From NCBI GenBank assembly GCA_029717555.1, contig JAMDHS010000013.1:248001-312000 (forward strand): 64,000 nt of DNA, written 5' to 3'. This DNA comes from Peribolospora baueri (lineage: Eukaryota). The notes under the pieces were generated by a model, which was not told the DNA's origin, made no database searches, and was given only the letters and a program-made list of their open reading frames with translations. This document shows, in pieces, positions 48,702-61,661 of this stretch (the first letter of the stretch is position 1; each line of letters starts with the position of its first letter). The position numbers and the translations under genes were made by a program.

Positions 48702-50580
48702 TCAATGGTGCCTGCCGTCACTTCGGTCGGACGAGTGGCCCTGTGCCGTTTTCTGCTGCAGCGTCGTGAAATCCTCGTCTCCGTGCTTCGACTGAGATAG
48801 CCACAGGCAAGTACCGGGGGGGGGGGGGGCGAAGGAGATTAGACAGGTGCAGAAGGAAAGGGACGGGGGAGAAGGGAAAGGAAGGAGCAACGAAAAGAGG
48901 TACAGGTCAGATGGTTCCATCTCGATGGGTCTACGCGATTAGCCCGCACCCCAACACCGGGAAAGATCTCGGGAAAAATGTACTCAAGCTCACCCCTTTG
49001 ACCATCGCTTCGCTGTCAGTCGCCTCCCGCGAGTACCCATGAGCCTCATGGTGCTGAATGCGAAGGAGGAAGAAACGCATGTGAACGGGAATGGAATGAC
49101 ACATGATCGAAAAGTGATCAGCGACGAATATATTTAGAAACGATTTCCCGTCTCCACCCTTCCCGACGAGATCGTTTGAGCAGAAATGAGGAAAAAAGAA
49201 AATCGTATCGCCTGACTAACTCACATCGAGGTCGTCCTCGCCAGAAACCTTGTGGACGTGCTCGACCGTCTTGCTCTGCAATGTCTTAACGTCCAACTCT
49301 CCGTTGGGGCTCTAGTTAGAGCCGAGCCGGTGAGCCAGAGAAAGAGCCAATAGGGAAGGACGGAACGAGAAAGTTCACGGGTAATAGATGGAGACCCACT
49401 CACTCGCTCAGCTTTGATCTACGACGATGAATGGATCGACGAAAAAGGGAACGAAAGGAGTGTCTCAGAGAAGGACTCGACGGGCGGAACGCATGAAGAC
49501 GAGGTTCCCATCATATGAGGATACGCCATCCCTCCCTCGCCCCACACGCACAAGCACACGCGCCTGCTCAACGTGACCATCTTACCCACCGTTGCCTCGC
49601 TCTCGCTCGCTAGTCTTTCATTCCAGTTCGGCGCTTGTTCGTAGGGAGAGACGGCTTCCATCTGAGAATGTGGATGGGACAGAAATGCAGTTAAATGTTA
49701 GGTGGGAGGTGGGATCGACAACGTTGAAGGGGTAAGATGATGGTGTTCAAAAGGTTAGCGTCCTGGTTCGGCGAAAGCGGTAGCGTAGAAGAACACGAGA
49801 CATCAGTCGTCCCGCGAAGCGAGCCGAAACTTGTCCTCCGTCCACACGACTCCGAAAATACCCCCATGATCCATCGTCTGAACGTCCAACGCAGCATAAG
49901 TCGATATAAAAGCTGATCCATACCCCGAGCTGCTCCCCGGCATCTCCTTTCTCAACTCAAACGCATGCTGACCGCCGAACAACCCAGCTTCACCTTCACA
50001 CGCGCTTCTCCTAAGAAAGAAAGAAACTAAAAGGATAAGGAGTGGGAGGTCTATAATCGTTGGAAGAAGCGTAGAACGTATACAAACATCCCACGAAAGG
50101 GAAAGGAAGAGGACAAGAGAAAGGAGAGAAGGGGAAGGCAGCAACCGTCCCGGATCATCTCCCGCCTCATCTTGATCCCCTTCGGCCACCGCAGCCATTG
50201 CAAACGGAATAATTTCACGAACTGCTCACCGTCACAGTCTTTTTCTTCTCACGATCGACTGAGATCATACGGTTGAAGTCCGAGTTCGCATTTGAGGGGT
50301 CGACGTCTCTTAGACTGGAAGGCGAGGGAACACAGAAGAGAAAACGGGGCCAGGCCAGGCATCGAGCGCCGTTGACGCCCATCAGTCGCCCAATTCGCTT
50401 CTCTTCCCTCACCTTCATCCTCTTTCCGACTCATTTTTGGCGCTCACGACAAAACACCCACCTGACAGGAGTAGCATGGTATGCCTTCGGCGCCGGCGCC
50501 GGTCGCTGAACGAGGGCAACCGAAGCAAGCGGGGCCCGTGGAGCGTGCAGAGCAGAGCGGAGGACGCGAGAAAGGATCAT
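48702..50580 (-). CDS. Small fungal protein with mitochondrial presequence and a duplicated motif; many micro-exons
   Basis: MILSRVLRSALHAPRAPLASVALVQRPAPAPKAYHATPVR..MEAVSPYEQAPNWNERLASESEAT|IKAER|SPNGELDVKTLQSKTVEHVHK..|HHEAHGYSREATDSEAMVKG|SKHGDEDFTTLQQKTAQG..*; canonical GT-AG junctions. Confidence 0.7.
48816..48829. repeat. Poly-G homopolymer (poly-C tract in the last intron of the minus-strand gene)
   Basis: Run of ~14 G seen directly. Confidence 0.8.
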
Positions 50581-50919
50581 GACCGGGTGACTTTGAGTGT
50601 GTAGAAGGAACACAAGCGGCTACAATGTATGATCGAAGTGAGATGGCGGTAGTCAGACGGCAGCGAGAGACCAGCTTTATTTCTTGTGCGTCGTCACCCC
50701 TTCTCGTCTCTATGAACGCTTGATGGCCGGTGAGTTGATCGAGAGAGCGATCGATCGCCGACATCTGACGTCATCGGCATTAAGAAGGCGACTGTCACGT
50801 GGATCGCAACATGGCACGTGACCATTTAGTTCAGGACGTCCTTCGACGTCGTTTCCATTCTCATTCTACATTCTACCTCTGCAGCTTAACATTTTTGGTG
50901 GATTCTTCTCCTTCCCACC

Positions 50920-52874
50920 ATGTCCACCGCGGCCACTCCAGAAGAGGAAGACGCACCGCACATCACAAAGGGAAAGAGCTCCCGCGCCGCCGTACGCCCC
51001 TTCGACACCGAAGAGGAGTCCTCTTCGAGCGATCACCGCCGCCGCGATGGTCTGCACAAGGGCGACGACAGGGATAGCTCCGATCTAAGCGAGGCTGAAG
51101 ACGGTGAGGGGGAGCAGGAGCAGGAAGCAGGGGCGGATGGGGAACCAGAGGATGAGGATGTGGAAATGGACAATGGTGAGGTAGAGGGTGAGTCGGACGA
51201 CAGCCAGGACTCTCAGGAAGAAGAGGATGCATCGGACGAAGAGGAAGAACAAGACGAGGAGGAGGAGGAAGAGGAAGAGGAAGGGTGAGTTTTGGTCCTT
51301 TTCAGCCCACCCAAGGTTGGTGGCTTAGAGTATATTTGCGTGAACTTTCCCTCTCTCATCCACTATCCCGCGACATTTCCGTACGCACAGAGATGAAGAG
51401 GAGGACGATGACGAAGAAGACGAGCTGGAAGACGAACTAGATGTAAGGGGCGAAGAGGAAGAAGGTGGGCAGCAAGGATTATCCCAGGATGGAACTCCAC
51501 TGAAGGTCACACTCAAGGTCAGCGCTGGAGGTGGTGCTGGAAGCGGAGGGAGAGGTGCGGGGTCCACGGCGGTGAAGGACCGGAAGAAGAAGAAAAGCAA
51601 GAAGGGTATGTGTCAGAAGGGCAAAGCGTCTTGCCTAGCGCGTTCTCAGATTGATTCTTCTCAACGTTATTGCTACCATGTTGTCTTTGCCCATACTAAC
51701 GTAAAAACCGTCGTCGCGTCATGAACCCCACCAATCCAACCCTTGCAGCCAAGTCGTCGGCCAGCTCCACCTCGTCCGATGAATCAGATGGATTCACAGC
51801 CATCGCTTCTCGAAAGACGGCTCGTCAACGCGCAAAGGACAATGAGGACTTGCAGGCCACCTTGCTGGAGTTGCCATTGGGTACGTCCGGTCCTCTGTGA
51901 CCTAAGGTCTGATTGGCTCGCGACGCTCATCTTCTATCCCTGTTTTGTTGTCTTCCGACATTATCCATCTGTTCTTCACCTTTCTTCACCTTCCTCGAAT
52001 TTCTCTTCCCCTGTTCACAGATGACCCCTCGAAAAAGAAACAGCTCACGGAATCGGAGATTGCTCTGAGACGGTCGGAAACTGCCAGGAGGCGGAAGAAC
52101 CAGAGCGACAAGAAACTTGAGGATGACAAGGTCGAGGTGGGTGGGAACCATTCTACGTAAAGTATGTCTCCAGAAGTCAGTCGATCGATCTCATGCTGTC
52201 ATCACCGTCTTGTCGCTTTGAATCACTCGCGTCGCCGAACGCAGACTATTAATCGCCTCCTCAAGAAACAAGTCTCGCGCTCCCGCACAAAAGACAGAGG
52301 CGGCGAGGCGGGAGGGGGAGAAGGCGGTCATGGTTTTGAATTCGCGGAGGCGCACAAACTGTCTAGGGCGGAGGAGAAGGCTCTGCCGGGGGGGTTCTTC
52401 CGATACATCAGCGGGCGGGAGGGCAGCTCTCTGAGTGTGCCCCTGCCCACGGGTTTGGTTTCCGGTGTCGTCGGCGTCGTGGGAGGAGCGGGCGGAGAGG
52501 GGGAGGACACCGTCGTAGCTGCTCCGAGGGAGAAGAGCGAGTACGAGCGACTGTGGGAGGAGACGTTCCCTTCCGTCTCCTCCTCCGCCGTCGGCACGAC
52601 GGCTGTCTCATCGGATTCGATGGACGTGGACGACGTTGGGATGAGAGGGGCTCTCGCCGACGTCAATAACTTGCCCAGGTACCCGCCACCTCGACCGAAG
52701 TGCAGCGTCGCGGGATGCGGGCAGGAGATGAAGTACCGCTCCGTCAAGCTAGCGAAAGCGGTGTCAGCGGCGGAGGCGGCTGGTGCGGCGGACGTGGACA
52801 GAAATCGAGGCGTGAGTGCAGCGGCGGCGGTGGCTTGTTCGATGGAGCACCTCAAGCTACTCGACGCGTCCTAG
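50920..52874 (+). CDS. IES2: INO80 complex subunit B / Ies2 (PAPA-1 domain + HIT-type zinc finger)
   Basis: Acidic N-terminus; RKTARQR..LLELPL|..KKKQLTESEIALRRSETARRRKNQSDKKLEDDKVE|TINRLLKKQ; RYIS; CSVAGC..KYR..ACSMEHLK. Confidence 0.9.
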
Positions 52875-53134
52875 CGGCGTCCACGTTTGTGCCCGTCTCT
52901 TTCTGTCTCCATGCCGTCCGACGCGTTTTCATGCCACCTCGTTCCTGTACATGTACGTGTACTCTAAGACAATGTATGCTTCTTAGACATGGACGTGTTC
53001 GAGCACAGCTGGAGCGAGGATGACAAGGTTGAGAGCTGGGCCTCTCGTCGAGAGGGCTGCCGGTCCATCATCTACGCGTACACGTACAGGCACAATGCTC
53101 ACTTCCCCCCGGGCTCCGTTTATCCCTCCCGCGA

Positions 53135-54750
53135 TCAACCTCTCCGCGCCTTCTTCCGAGCCTGCCCGACAGCTTTGTCGAACTTCCCCTTCACCCTTGC
53201 CTTCCCGCCCCCTCCAAACGCCTCCTTCTCGTCCCTAGTCCCTCCAGCTGTCTCCCGCGCCCTCTCGAGTGCGGAAGTCTTCCTACCGCTCTTGCGCAGC
53301 ACATCGTACTCGTCTCCACGACGACCATCATCACCACCGCCCGTCTTGCTCCTCTTCTTCGCCCGGCCCCCAGTGCCGCCCTCGGCATCTCGATCGTACC
53401 CCCGAAGAAGGTCTCCGAACTCCTCCTCATACCCACCGCCCATCCTCCCATGTCTTCCCTTGCCGCTCGTAAGACCGGCCCCGCCGAGCGCAACGTCCGC
53501 CTCGTCCCTCTTCCTTCGCTTGGCGTCCTTCTTGGTCATTACCAGACGCGTCATATTCTCCTCCTCGTATTGCGTCATGCGCTCCAGGGCCTTTGCACGT
53601 GACGAGCGCAGGTGAGAGGTCTGACCCAGGCCAGAGGCAGAGATGCTGTGCGGGTCGGAGGAGAACGAGCCTGCTAGGGTCGAGAGGAGGCGGGACGACG
53701 GCGCCGACTCTCGGTCCTTGCGTTTGCCTGCAGATATGACAAGTAAAGCGCAAGACCGAAGAGGGTTAGGGAAGCTCGAAGACCCCCGTGTCTACCCGCG
53801 CGATACATACCTCTCTGAGCATTTTCGTCGTACGGCATAGGCGCTAGTTTCGGCGGGCGGTACACCTCTTCACCAGTAGAAGCGGACGCCTTGCCCATTC
53901 GTCCTTTCCCTGCTCCTCCACTCTCCTTGTCCTCGTCTCCCTTGTCCGTGGCGTTGCGCGCTCGTGAAGGAAGGAGAGCGGCAGGATTGGGCCGGAAGGA
54001 AAGCGGATCTGTAAGGCGGCAATGAGCCATGGGACAAACAGTATCGAACTTGTTGAGTGATCGCTTCACCGGGCACATGGGCAAAGCGTACGCCAAATTG
54101 GGCGGACCAGGAAAACGAAGACTCACCGATCTCCCCCTCCTCCTCTTCCTTCCTTCCACCTCCCAGCCTCTCCCTGGTCTCCTGATCCTCAGCAGCGCGC
54201 ACGAGCTTGTCGACCTGGTAGCGCAGCTTGCTCTCCAGCGGACGAATCTTCTCGAGCATGAGCCTGATCTTCACCAGCTGCGGGACGATCAGGTACTCGC
54301 TGCCCTCCTCATCCTTCCCCCCGGCAGATGAAGGCGGTGGGAGAAGCGTGGCGGAGGAGGAAAGTTGGGAAGGGGATACATCGGGAGGGTGAATCGGTCG
54401 ACCGCGGAGCTTGGAGCCAACGATAAGGAGGAGGTGATGGAGGTAGGAGAGCAAGAGGTGGTTCTTGAGAGAGAGGATGGAGACGCCTTCCGAGTAAAGG
54501 AGGGAATCAGTGTCGCGGAGTCTGTCAAAGAGGAGAATGTGGGCAGAAAACCGAGGGGAATGGTTGCCCAGTTGAGCGACAGACCCTGGTGAAGATAGAG
54601 GCTAAGCGATCACCTCCAATCCACTCACTTCTCCAGCGTGGGTTGGGCGGAGCCGTTGAAATTCTTGAGTTCTGAATGAATGCTCTTGACGAGCTGCAAG
54701 AAAGATCGGACCTCTTCTGGAGATCCTGAAGGTTCGTCGGCGGTGCTCAT
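53135..54750 (-). CDS. LCP5: U3 snoRNP/SSU processome protein Lcp5/neuroguidin (Sas10/Utp3/C1D family)
   Basis: GVSILSLKNHLLLSYLHHL..LVKIRLMLEKIRPLESKLRYQVDKLVRAA..DPLSFRPNPAAL..VYRPPKLAPMPY..MTQYEEENMTRL. Confidence 0.92.
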
Positions 54751-55109
54751 GGTTCGGCGAGCTTTTGTCGTCGAAGATGGGGGAGGCGGGGGCGAGGAGG
54801 AGCACGCAGCAAGGAAGCATAGAAAGCTGCATCTCAACTTACTGCGGCTGTCCACCGTCATCCGCCTTCCTCCGCGGTTCTCCGCCACACCAATGCTATG
54901 CGGGACTGCCTAGTCTTCGTACAAGGTTGTCTCGAAACGTATGGATGTCATTCTCGTGCGATGAAAGTATAAGCTGCGCCCTCTGCGGCTACATCTGCGC
55001 CATTATCTACGCGATACCGATGATCCTCGAACCCGTGTGGCCGCTGCAACCCCAGCAAAGTGTCCTTCCCATCGCCCTAAAGAAAGACGCAATAGACGCC
55101 GCTTGTCAC

Positions 55110-56267
55110 CTACCGCCTCCTCTTCGCTTTGGCTCCACCACCCAAGGAAGTCCCAGAAGCAGCGCTACCCTCTTGTTGCGACGTCGGAGGGCCGTTGAGG
55201 AGGCTGTTGAACGCCGAGCCGAAGTCGCCGGACTGAAGTGAGTTGGTCATTTTCGCCATCTGTGCTTGGTTCTCTTGGAAGTCTTTCATCGCGTCCGGGT
55301 CAAGATTATTCTGTGGATGAAGTGTACACCACGGACACAGACGACGGGAATAGGGACGACGAGAAGAGAAACAATTTTAGGGAGGTCCGTCCGCGAGGTC
55401 TCGTCAAACGACGTCGGAAAGGAAACCACGCACCATGAGCTTGGGCAAGACGAACATCATGCCCATGCCCACGACGGCCATGAGCATCATGGGGTTTCCG
55501 AGCAGTCCTCTCAGGTTGAATCCCTCCCTGGGAGCGAAGAAGTCGAACTTGGTTCCGCGAGGCGCGACGATGAGCGGGTAAGGCTGCGCGAACGCCCTTT
55601 CGGTCACCGACCATGGTTGCCCAGGGAAGTGAAGGCGTATAGTCGGAGAAGGGTTTGGTGTCGTGGTAGTGGGACTGGGAATGTCCACGCGGTACTGGTT
55701 GAAAGCGATGTTCCGAGACTGTACCTCCAGCAAGTAGTTGCCCGGCTCAACGTTTGAACTGCAATAGGTGGTAGACCAGGAGCACGTTTGCGCGCGGGGG
55801 TCGACCGTGGTCAGCGGCGGCCAGTCGAACGGCATATCACAAGCAATGGAACTGACAGAACAAAAGAGCCATCTCGTCGGAGCATCGTGCTATGCTTGCC
55901 GCCGTCGAGTACCACTCTCACTGAAGGACCGATGTGACCGGCGTCTGAGAGGACAGACAAAGCAGCGACGCCAGCCATGGATAGGTCAGCCAGCACCGAA
56001 CATCTTCGTACTTGCGTGCAGACATCACCTGAAGGTAGAAGAACACACTAGGCAGAGCTTCGTTCCATTGGATCTGACCCCGGATGTCTGTCGCCGCTAC
56101 AAGAACGAGTGACGGTAGGGCGACGCTAGCCTCGTGAGAGGGAATGCGTTGAAAGGTCCGAGCGCGTGAGCAGACGCACGTATGAAACGCAACGTGCTTA
56201 CCGACGTCTCGTGTTGGTCGGGCACTCACAGCAACAGCAGGAACCGGAATAGCCGTGATTGAAGCAT
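55110..56267 (-). CDS. EMC7: ER membrane protein complex subunit 7 (DUF2012)
   Basis: Signal peptide MLQSRLFRFLLL|LVALPSLVLVA; VVLDGGKHSTMLRRDGSFVL|SNVEPGNYLLEV..YRVDI..YPLIVAP..FFAPREGFNLRGLLGNPMMLMAVVGMGMMFVLPKLM|NNLDPDAMKDFQ. Confidence 0.9.
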
Positions 56268-56592
56268 GCTGTAGTTGAGCGTCGAGCTTTGCGCTGGAAG
56301 GAAGTCTTCTGATCTTGGCGCTGGCAGCAAGCCGAACTGCGATCGACATCTGGCCTCTCTACTGCTGCGGCGCAACACGTTCGTTCGGCTTGCGTTTGCT
56401 TCTCTATCATGAAGAGGTGCTCTGCTACATTCAGCAAGAGGAATGCGTGGGCGAGTGCGACACAGACATACAGGAGTGAAGAGAGCGAGGAGTCGGATCT
56501 CAGAGTCTAAGCAGTTAGTCTAGGCGAAGCGTAGGCGGAATACGTGACGGAGACGCCCATGGCATCTTATGAGAGATCTAACGCTCCCTCCC

Positions 56593-59562
56593 TCAATCCT
56601 TGGACCTCAAACCGGCCAAGATCTCCTTGAGCCTCTCATACTCCGGCTCGTCCTCGAAAGAGTCCTTGGTCCGGCCCAAGAAGGCGCGTACGATGCTCCT
56701 CGCCTGGAACTTCCAGTCCTTCAACGCCGGCTCTGTCCGCCCTTCGCCCTGTCCTCCCTCTCCCGCGGACACCGCCACCTCCCTGGGCCCGAGGTTCTCC
56801 AAATACTCCGCCATCTCCTCCACCTCCTGTGCCGCCTTTCTGAACTTCTCTACACTCGTTTCCGCCCCTCCCGCGTCATCCGAGCCCGCTCCACACCGGA
56901 ACGCCTTCAGGTACGCGTCAATCGCCCCGCGGTAATCGCCCCGCCACAGAAGAAGGCGGGCGTAGGCGCGAAAGGTGCGAGGAGAGGAGGCGATGCGGGG
57001 TAGGATGGCCGTCGTGAACAGGCGCTCCACGCGCGGATACAGACCGTGCCCTTCGTTCGGGTTGTGCTCCACCTTGGTCGCCGTCTCGCCCGCGAGCGCG
57101 GACGGCTCTTGCACGGCATCTTCCTCCCTCGACGGAGCCCGAGTGACGGCGTCGACCAACCTTTCCAGAACATCTTCGTCCACGGCCTTTTCGCCTATCT
57201 TGGGCGCCAGAATGTCCACGAGCCTTGCCATGGCCCGACACGCCTCGGAGAGCTCGCCCACGTCGACAGCGACAATCATATAGTTGGTCCAGATGCGCCA
57301 GCTCTCCTGACTGTGTCGGATGCCTTGGCGGAGCGCGTTGAAGGCGTCGCGCTTTCGAGCGTAGGGCACCCCCGAGGCGGTAGGACGCGTCGAGAGCGCA
57401 CCGTGGCTGAGCGACACGGCTGCCTGCTCTTCATCGTCCTCGTCAAGGGCAGGATCATGAACAGACTGGACTTTGTCCGCACCTTCCTCCCCCATGCGCA
57501 AATACACGCTCGCGAGGTTGTTCCAGCTCTCGCCGTCCTCGTCGTCCAAGGCGACGCACCTCCCGAACGCTGTTGCCGCTTCCTCCCAGTCCTCTGCGCG
57601 CATCGCCGCGCAGCCGAGGACGAACCATGAGCGCGTGTAGAGCGGGTTGATGGATAACGCCGTCTTGAGCGGTTCAATAGACTCCGCAAACTCGCCTCGA
57701 GCATAGTGGTATCCGCCCAGAGAGCGCATGGCACGAGAGCTCTGATGATGAGACACCTCCCATGCCGTATGGTAGTGCTTTGGCTCCTTCTCGAGATCAC
57801 CCAACAGACACCACAGCTTGGCCTTTCTGCCGTCGCTCATCCTGGCCTTGCTCCTCTCCTCTGGAGCGCGCGCCCCCGTCCTGGACTCCGCGATGCGCAC
57901 TTCCACCTCCTTCCTCCTCCCTTCGAGCAAATCCCTGACGACCTCGACGCCTTTATCTTCCCTCTCTAGCAACTGCCAACACGCCACCACGTCTTCCCAC
58001 ATCTCCAGGCGCTCGAAGATCTCCAGCGCCGAGCGCACGACCCCGATGCTGAGGTATCGCTTGGCGAGTTCGTGCTGCATCTCCCACCTCGACGGCAGTG
58101 GCATCGAATGGAAGTATCGCAGTCGCTCCTGAAGCGTCGAGTCTGTCGTCGGCATCTGGTCGATGAGCGCCTGCAGCTGCAACGCCGAGCGCTCGACGGT
58201 GCGAGAGCGGTTGGACTCGAGTCGAGAGCGGAGGAGAAGTGCCATCGTGTGCACAGACCAGTTCATCGGGTTCTCTAGGACACGAGCCACAAACGCCATC
58301 ATCTGCTCCGACGTCAGGCCATGTGAGGGGTTCATGTTGCGGATGTTGAGGCAGAGCGCAAGGAGGACGCATTGGTCAAGCGGATGTAACTTGGGTTGGG
58401 AGCCCGGCTGGATGTGCGAGAGCTTGCCATGCGAAGACTCCGGTTTAGAGGTGGTCGTGTACTTGGTATGTTCCAGGAGCGTATCGTCGTTGAGACTGAG
58501 CGTCGTAGGCACCGCCGCGGCTCCTGTCTCTCCCTCCTTTTGACCAACTACCGTATCTGGAGAATCTTGCTTCTCTTTTCCTTCCGACCGTCGCACCACG
58601 TTCTCCTTGGCCCCTTCGTCTTGATCATTCCTCTCTTCCCGCTCCCTACTTTCCGCAAGCAGGACGAGCTGGCTCAGGTCCTTGCTTTGGAACTTGGTCT
58701 TCCTCCCCAGTGCGCCCGTAAGCACGTACTCCAAGCCACTCTGCCGCGCCGCTTCAACAAACAGATCCGCCGCTTCCCGGTCCTGACCGAAGTGGTGAGG
58801 CACGAGTCCTCGTTCGAGGGTGAGCCGAGCGTGAAGATCTGATCGCCAGGATGGAGGGAATGCAGAAATGTCGGAAGAGGAAGAGGACGAGTCGTAGGCA
58901 AGGGAGGAGAGGAGCTTCTGCACGCGAGAAAGAACGTCTTCGGGAACGGGAACGGGCTCGTCAAGAAGATGCTGATGTACCATTGCGGCTCGAAGTCGCC
59001 ACCAGTGAATAGACTCTAGTCGCTGGAAGGGTAGAGCAAAGACGAGTTGGGCAAGGACAAGGAAGGAGGGGTGTTTGGGAAGGTGGTATGCGGGCTCACC
59101 GCCGTATTGCAGACGGCCGAGCGCGGAGGCGTGCACATCATCTTCGGACGTCGAACTCGACGACGACGGGAGATTCAACACGGCGAGCGGTGTGACGTCG
59201 AGATCAGGGCCGGTCCAGTTGGCTTGAACGAAGGCGTGCAGGGCGGCGACGCCGACGGCGAGCATGATCAGCTCGTTTTCGTCGTCGGAGACGAAGCGGG
59301 TAGACTCCCGGACGACAGAGAGGTTTTCAAAATCGAACACTGAAGACGATGGATCGCGACTGGTCTCAGGAAAAGACGCGGAGAAAAGCTCCTTCGCCCA
59401 CCTCGAGGTCAGCGCTTCAGAAAGGTCTCCGTGGACGACCTGTCGAGCAAGTTGGACGGCTGGAGACTGCGCTGCGTCCTTGTCGTCCACGTCGCCATGC
59501 AGGATCCAAGTACCCTCTATCAAACACCATTGTGCCTCGTTCGGCGAGGCTGAGGAGGCCAT
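56593..59562 (-). CDS. EMW1: TPR protein Emw1/TTC27 (intronless)
   Basis: Single ORF: LHAFVQANWTGP, LTGALGRKTKFQSKDLSQLVLLA, LNDDTLLE, NWSVHTMALLLRSRLESNRSRTVERSALQLQAL, SALEIFERLEMWE and TPR repeats. Likely start MASSASP at 59562. Confidence 0.93.
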   Translation of the reverse strand: MASSASPNEAQWCLIEGTWILHGDVDDKDAAQSPAVQLARQVVHGDLSEALTSRWAKELFSASFPETSRDPSSSVFDFENLSVVRESTRFVSDDENELIMLAVGVAALHAFVQANWTGPDLDVTPLAVLNLPSSSSSTSEDDVHASALGRLQYGGEPAYHLPKHPSFLVLAQLVFALPFQRLESIHWWRLRAAMVHQHLLDEPVPVPEDVLSRVQKLLSSLAYDSSSSSSDISAFPPSWRSDLHARLTLERGLVPHHFGQDREAADLFVEAARQSGLEYVLTGALGRKTKFQSKDLSQLVLLAESREREERNDQDEGAKENVVRRSEGKEKQDSPDTVVGQKEGETGAAAVPTTLSLNDDTLLEHTKYTTTSKPESSHGKLSHIQPGSQPKLHPLDQCVLLALCLNIRNMNPSHGLTSEQMMAFVARVLENPMNWSVHTMALLLRSRLESNRSRTVERSALQLQALIDQMPTTDSTLQERLRYFHSMPLPSRWEMQHELAKRYLSIGVVRSALEIFERLEMWEDVVACWQLLEREDKGVEVVRDLLEGRRKEVEVRIAESRTGARAPEERSKARMSDGRKAKLWCLLGDLEKEPKHYHTAWEVSHHQSSRAMRSLGGYHYARGEFAESIEPLKTALSINPLYTRSWFVLGCAAMRAEDWEEAATAFGRCVALDDEDGESWNNLASVYLRMGEEGADKVQSVHDPALDEDDEEQAAVSLSHGALSTRPTASGVPYARKRDAFNALRQGIRHSQESWRIWTNYMIVAVDVGELSEACRAMARLVDILAPKIGEKAVDEDVLERLVDAVTRAPSREEDAVQEPSALAGETATKVEHNPNEGHGLYPRVERLFTTAILPRIASSPRTFRAYARLLLWRGDYRGAIDAYLKAFRCGAGSDDAGGAETSVEKFRKAAQEVEEMAEYLENLGPREVAVSAGEGGQGEGRTEPALKDWKFQARSIVRAFLGRTKDSFEDEPEYERLKEILAGLRSKD

Positions 59563-59817
59563 AATGGACGGCGGAAAACGAGGGCTGAGTATGTACAAGA
59601 GGGAAGCAACTCTTCTCTTTCCAAGCCAATCCTTCCCGCGTCGCGTTGCACTTCGGCCTTGCCGCAGCACAATTATCAGTATAAAGCTGCGGTATGCGCG
59701 TAATTCCCACGCTGCGACCGCTTTCTGGCGAAGGGAATTTTCACTCCTTACAAATGTCTTGGTCGAGCCATCACCATCCACGAACTCCAACCTCAACAAC
59801 GACCACCCGCCGTCAAA

Positions 59818-61009
59818 ATGGTAGGTTCTGTCGGGCAAAAGAAGGAAGAAGGCAGATGCCAGACGTACTATGATGAAGATAAGGATTGCTGTCGACTCAC
59901 GTCGCTACACATCGTTGCATCTTCTGTCTGTGCTCTCCTACTCCCTCCCGCCCATCTTCGCCTCGCGCCCCCTGCCGGCTTTCCGTCTTCTTCTCCTCGG
60001 CCCCCATAGCCCAAGGCCAAGTCCGGTTCCAGCAAGAAGCCCGCGCCCGCCCCCTACTCCAAGGGCAAGGCTGCGCCCAAGACGCCTAAGAACCCTCTCT
60101 TCGAGGCCAAGCCCCGCAGCTTCAGCGTCGGTGAGTATCGTCACTGGTGTTGCGCAACAAGTTAAAGATGGAGCGAGTTTGGAGTAATGTTGCATGCTAA
60201 CTCGCTGAACGTACACCCTCTTAGGCCAGGACCTCCAGCCCGCTCGTGACCTGACCCGCTTCGTCAAGTGGCCGGAGTACGTTCGCCTCCAGCGCGCTCG
60301 GGTGATCATCAACCAGCGCCTCAAGGTCCCTCCCCCGATCGCCCAGTTCTCCCACACCCTTGACAAGAACACGGCCACTCAGCTTTTCCGTCTCGTTAAC
60401 AAGTACCGCCCTGAGTCGAAGCAGGAGAAGAAGGAGCGTCTGGCCAAGCAGGCTCAGGAGGTGGCCGATGGCAAGAAGGAGGACCCGAAGAAGGATGGCA
60501 AGAAGCCCCTCTTCGTCAAGTCCGGCCTTAACCACGTCGTCGCCCTCGTCGAGGCCAAGAAGGCCAACCTCGTCGTCATCGCCGACGACGTCGACCCCAT
60601 CGAGCTCGTCATTGCTCTCCCCGCCCTTTGCCGCAAGATGGGCGTGCCCTACTGCATCGTCAAAGGCAAGGCTCGTCTCGGCGCTGTCGTCCACCGCAAG
60701 ACCTCGTCCTGCCTTGCTGTCCAGGACGTGCGTTCCGAGGACCAGAAGGAGCTTTCTACCCTCGTCTCTGCTGTCAAGGCAAACTACAACGACAAGTACG
60801 AGGAGCACCGCCGCCACTGGGGTGGTGGTGTCCGTGGGCAGAAGAGCCAGCGTAAGTTTTCACTCTCCCTGGATGAATTGAGGAAAATGTACGGACCAGA
60901 CCGAGAATTGCTGACCTTTGTCCTCTATTTCCCTGGCTTCTGTTCTGCAGAGATGCTCCGCAAGAGGGCGAAGGCTACCGGTCAAGCTCTCAAGGATGTC
61001 GCGCTCTGA
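59818..61009 (+). CDS. RPL8: 60S ribosomal protein eL8 (L7a/L8)
   Basis: ATG|intron|[87 protein letters not shown]. Confidence 0.97.
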
Positions 61010-61661
61010 ACGAGCTGCAGCGTCCGCACCCTTCCGTTCATCCTCGTTTTGCCATCTCTGCATCCATGATTGTACGCTTCATCATCATGCCTCCTCTCTC
61101 CCCTATTCATCCGTGACGTCCCTCGCCAACCACGTAAAACTCATGGGCGAGAGGAGAAAATCCCATGTATGCCCTCTTCTTTTCTTCCTTTCAGTTCCGA
61201 GTGATGCCTCCGTTGTTGAGCTGCTCGAGACGAATTGAAAATGGGCCTCTGGTCCCTCTCGCTCTTTCACTGGCGGATGCGTCGAGACGGGGTAATGAAA
61301 AGGGTTCTGTATATTTGTTTGCGGATGTATGTGAGAGGGAGATGTGAGGCACCGCTCGTATTTGACGTGTCACGTCCCCGTTCACCTGGGCAAACCGACA
61401 ATAGAGCATAGCAGGCGTTATTTACATCGTCTTGTAGTGGGTGAAGGCTCGAATGCGTCGCTCTTTGCGTCTCTGCCGTCTCCTTCCCAACCCCTGTTAC
61501 TCCTCGTTTGGTCGTTTGTTCAGCCCCAGTTCTAGCCTCGGCCATCATCGTCGGTCATCGGACATCGTTTAGGCTCGTAAAGCCGTCTAGCGTTCGCCAT
61601 GCGACCGACTGTCGCTGAGCATGCATCACACTCCATTCCGATCAGACAGATGCAGGTCAGA

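Noticed and set aside
59868..60009. Intronic C/D snoRNA in RPL8 intron 1 (ATGATGA at ~59870)
   Set aside because: No downstream CTGA D box or terminal stem within the intron.
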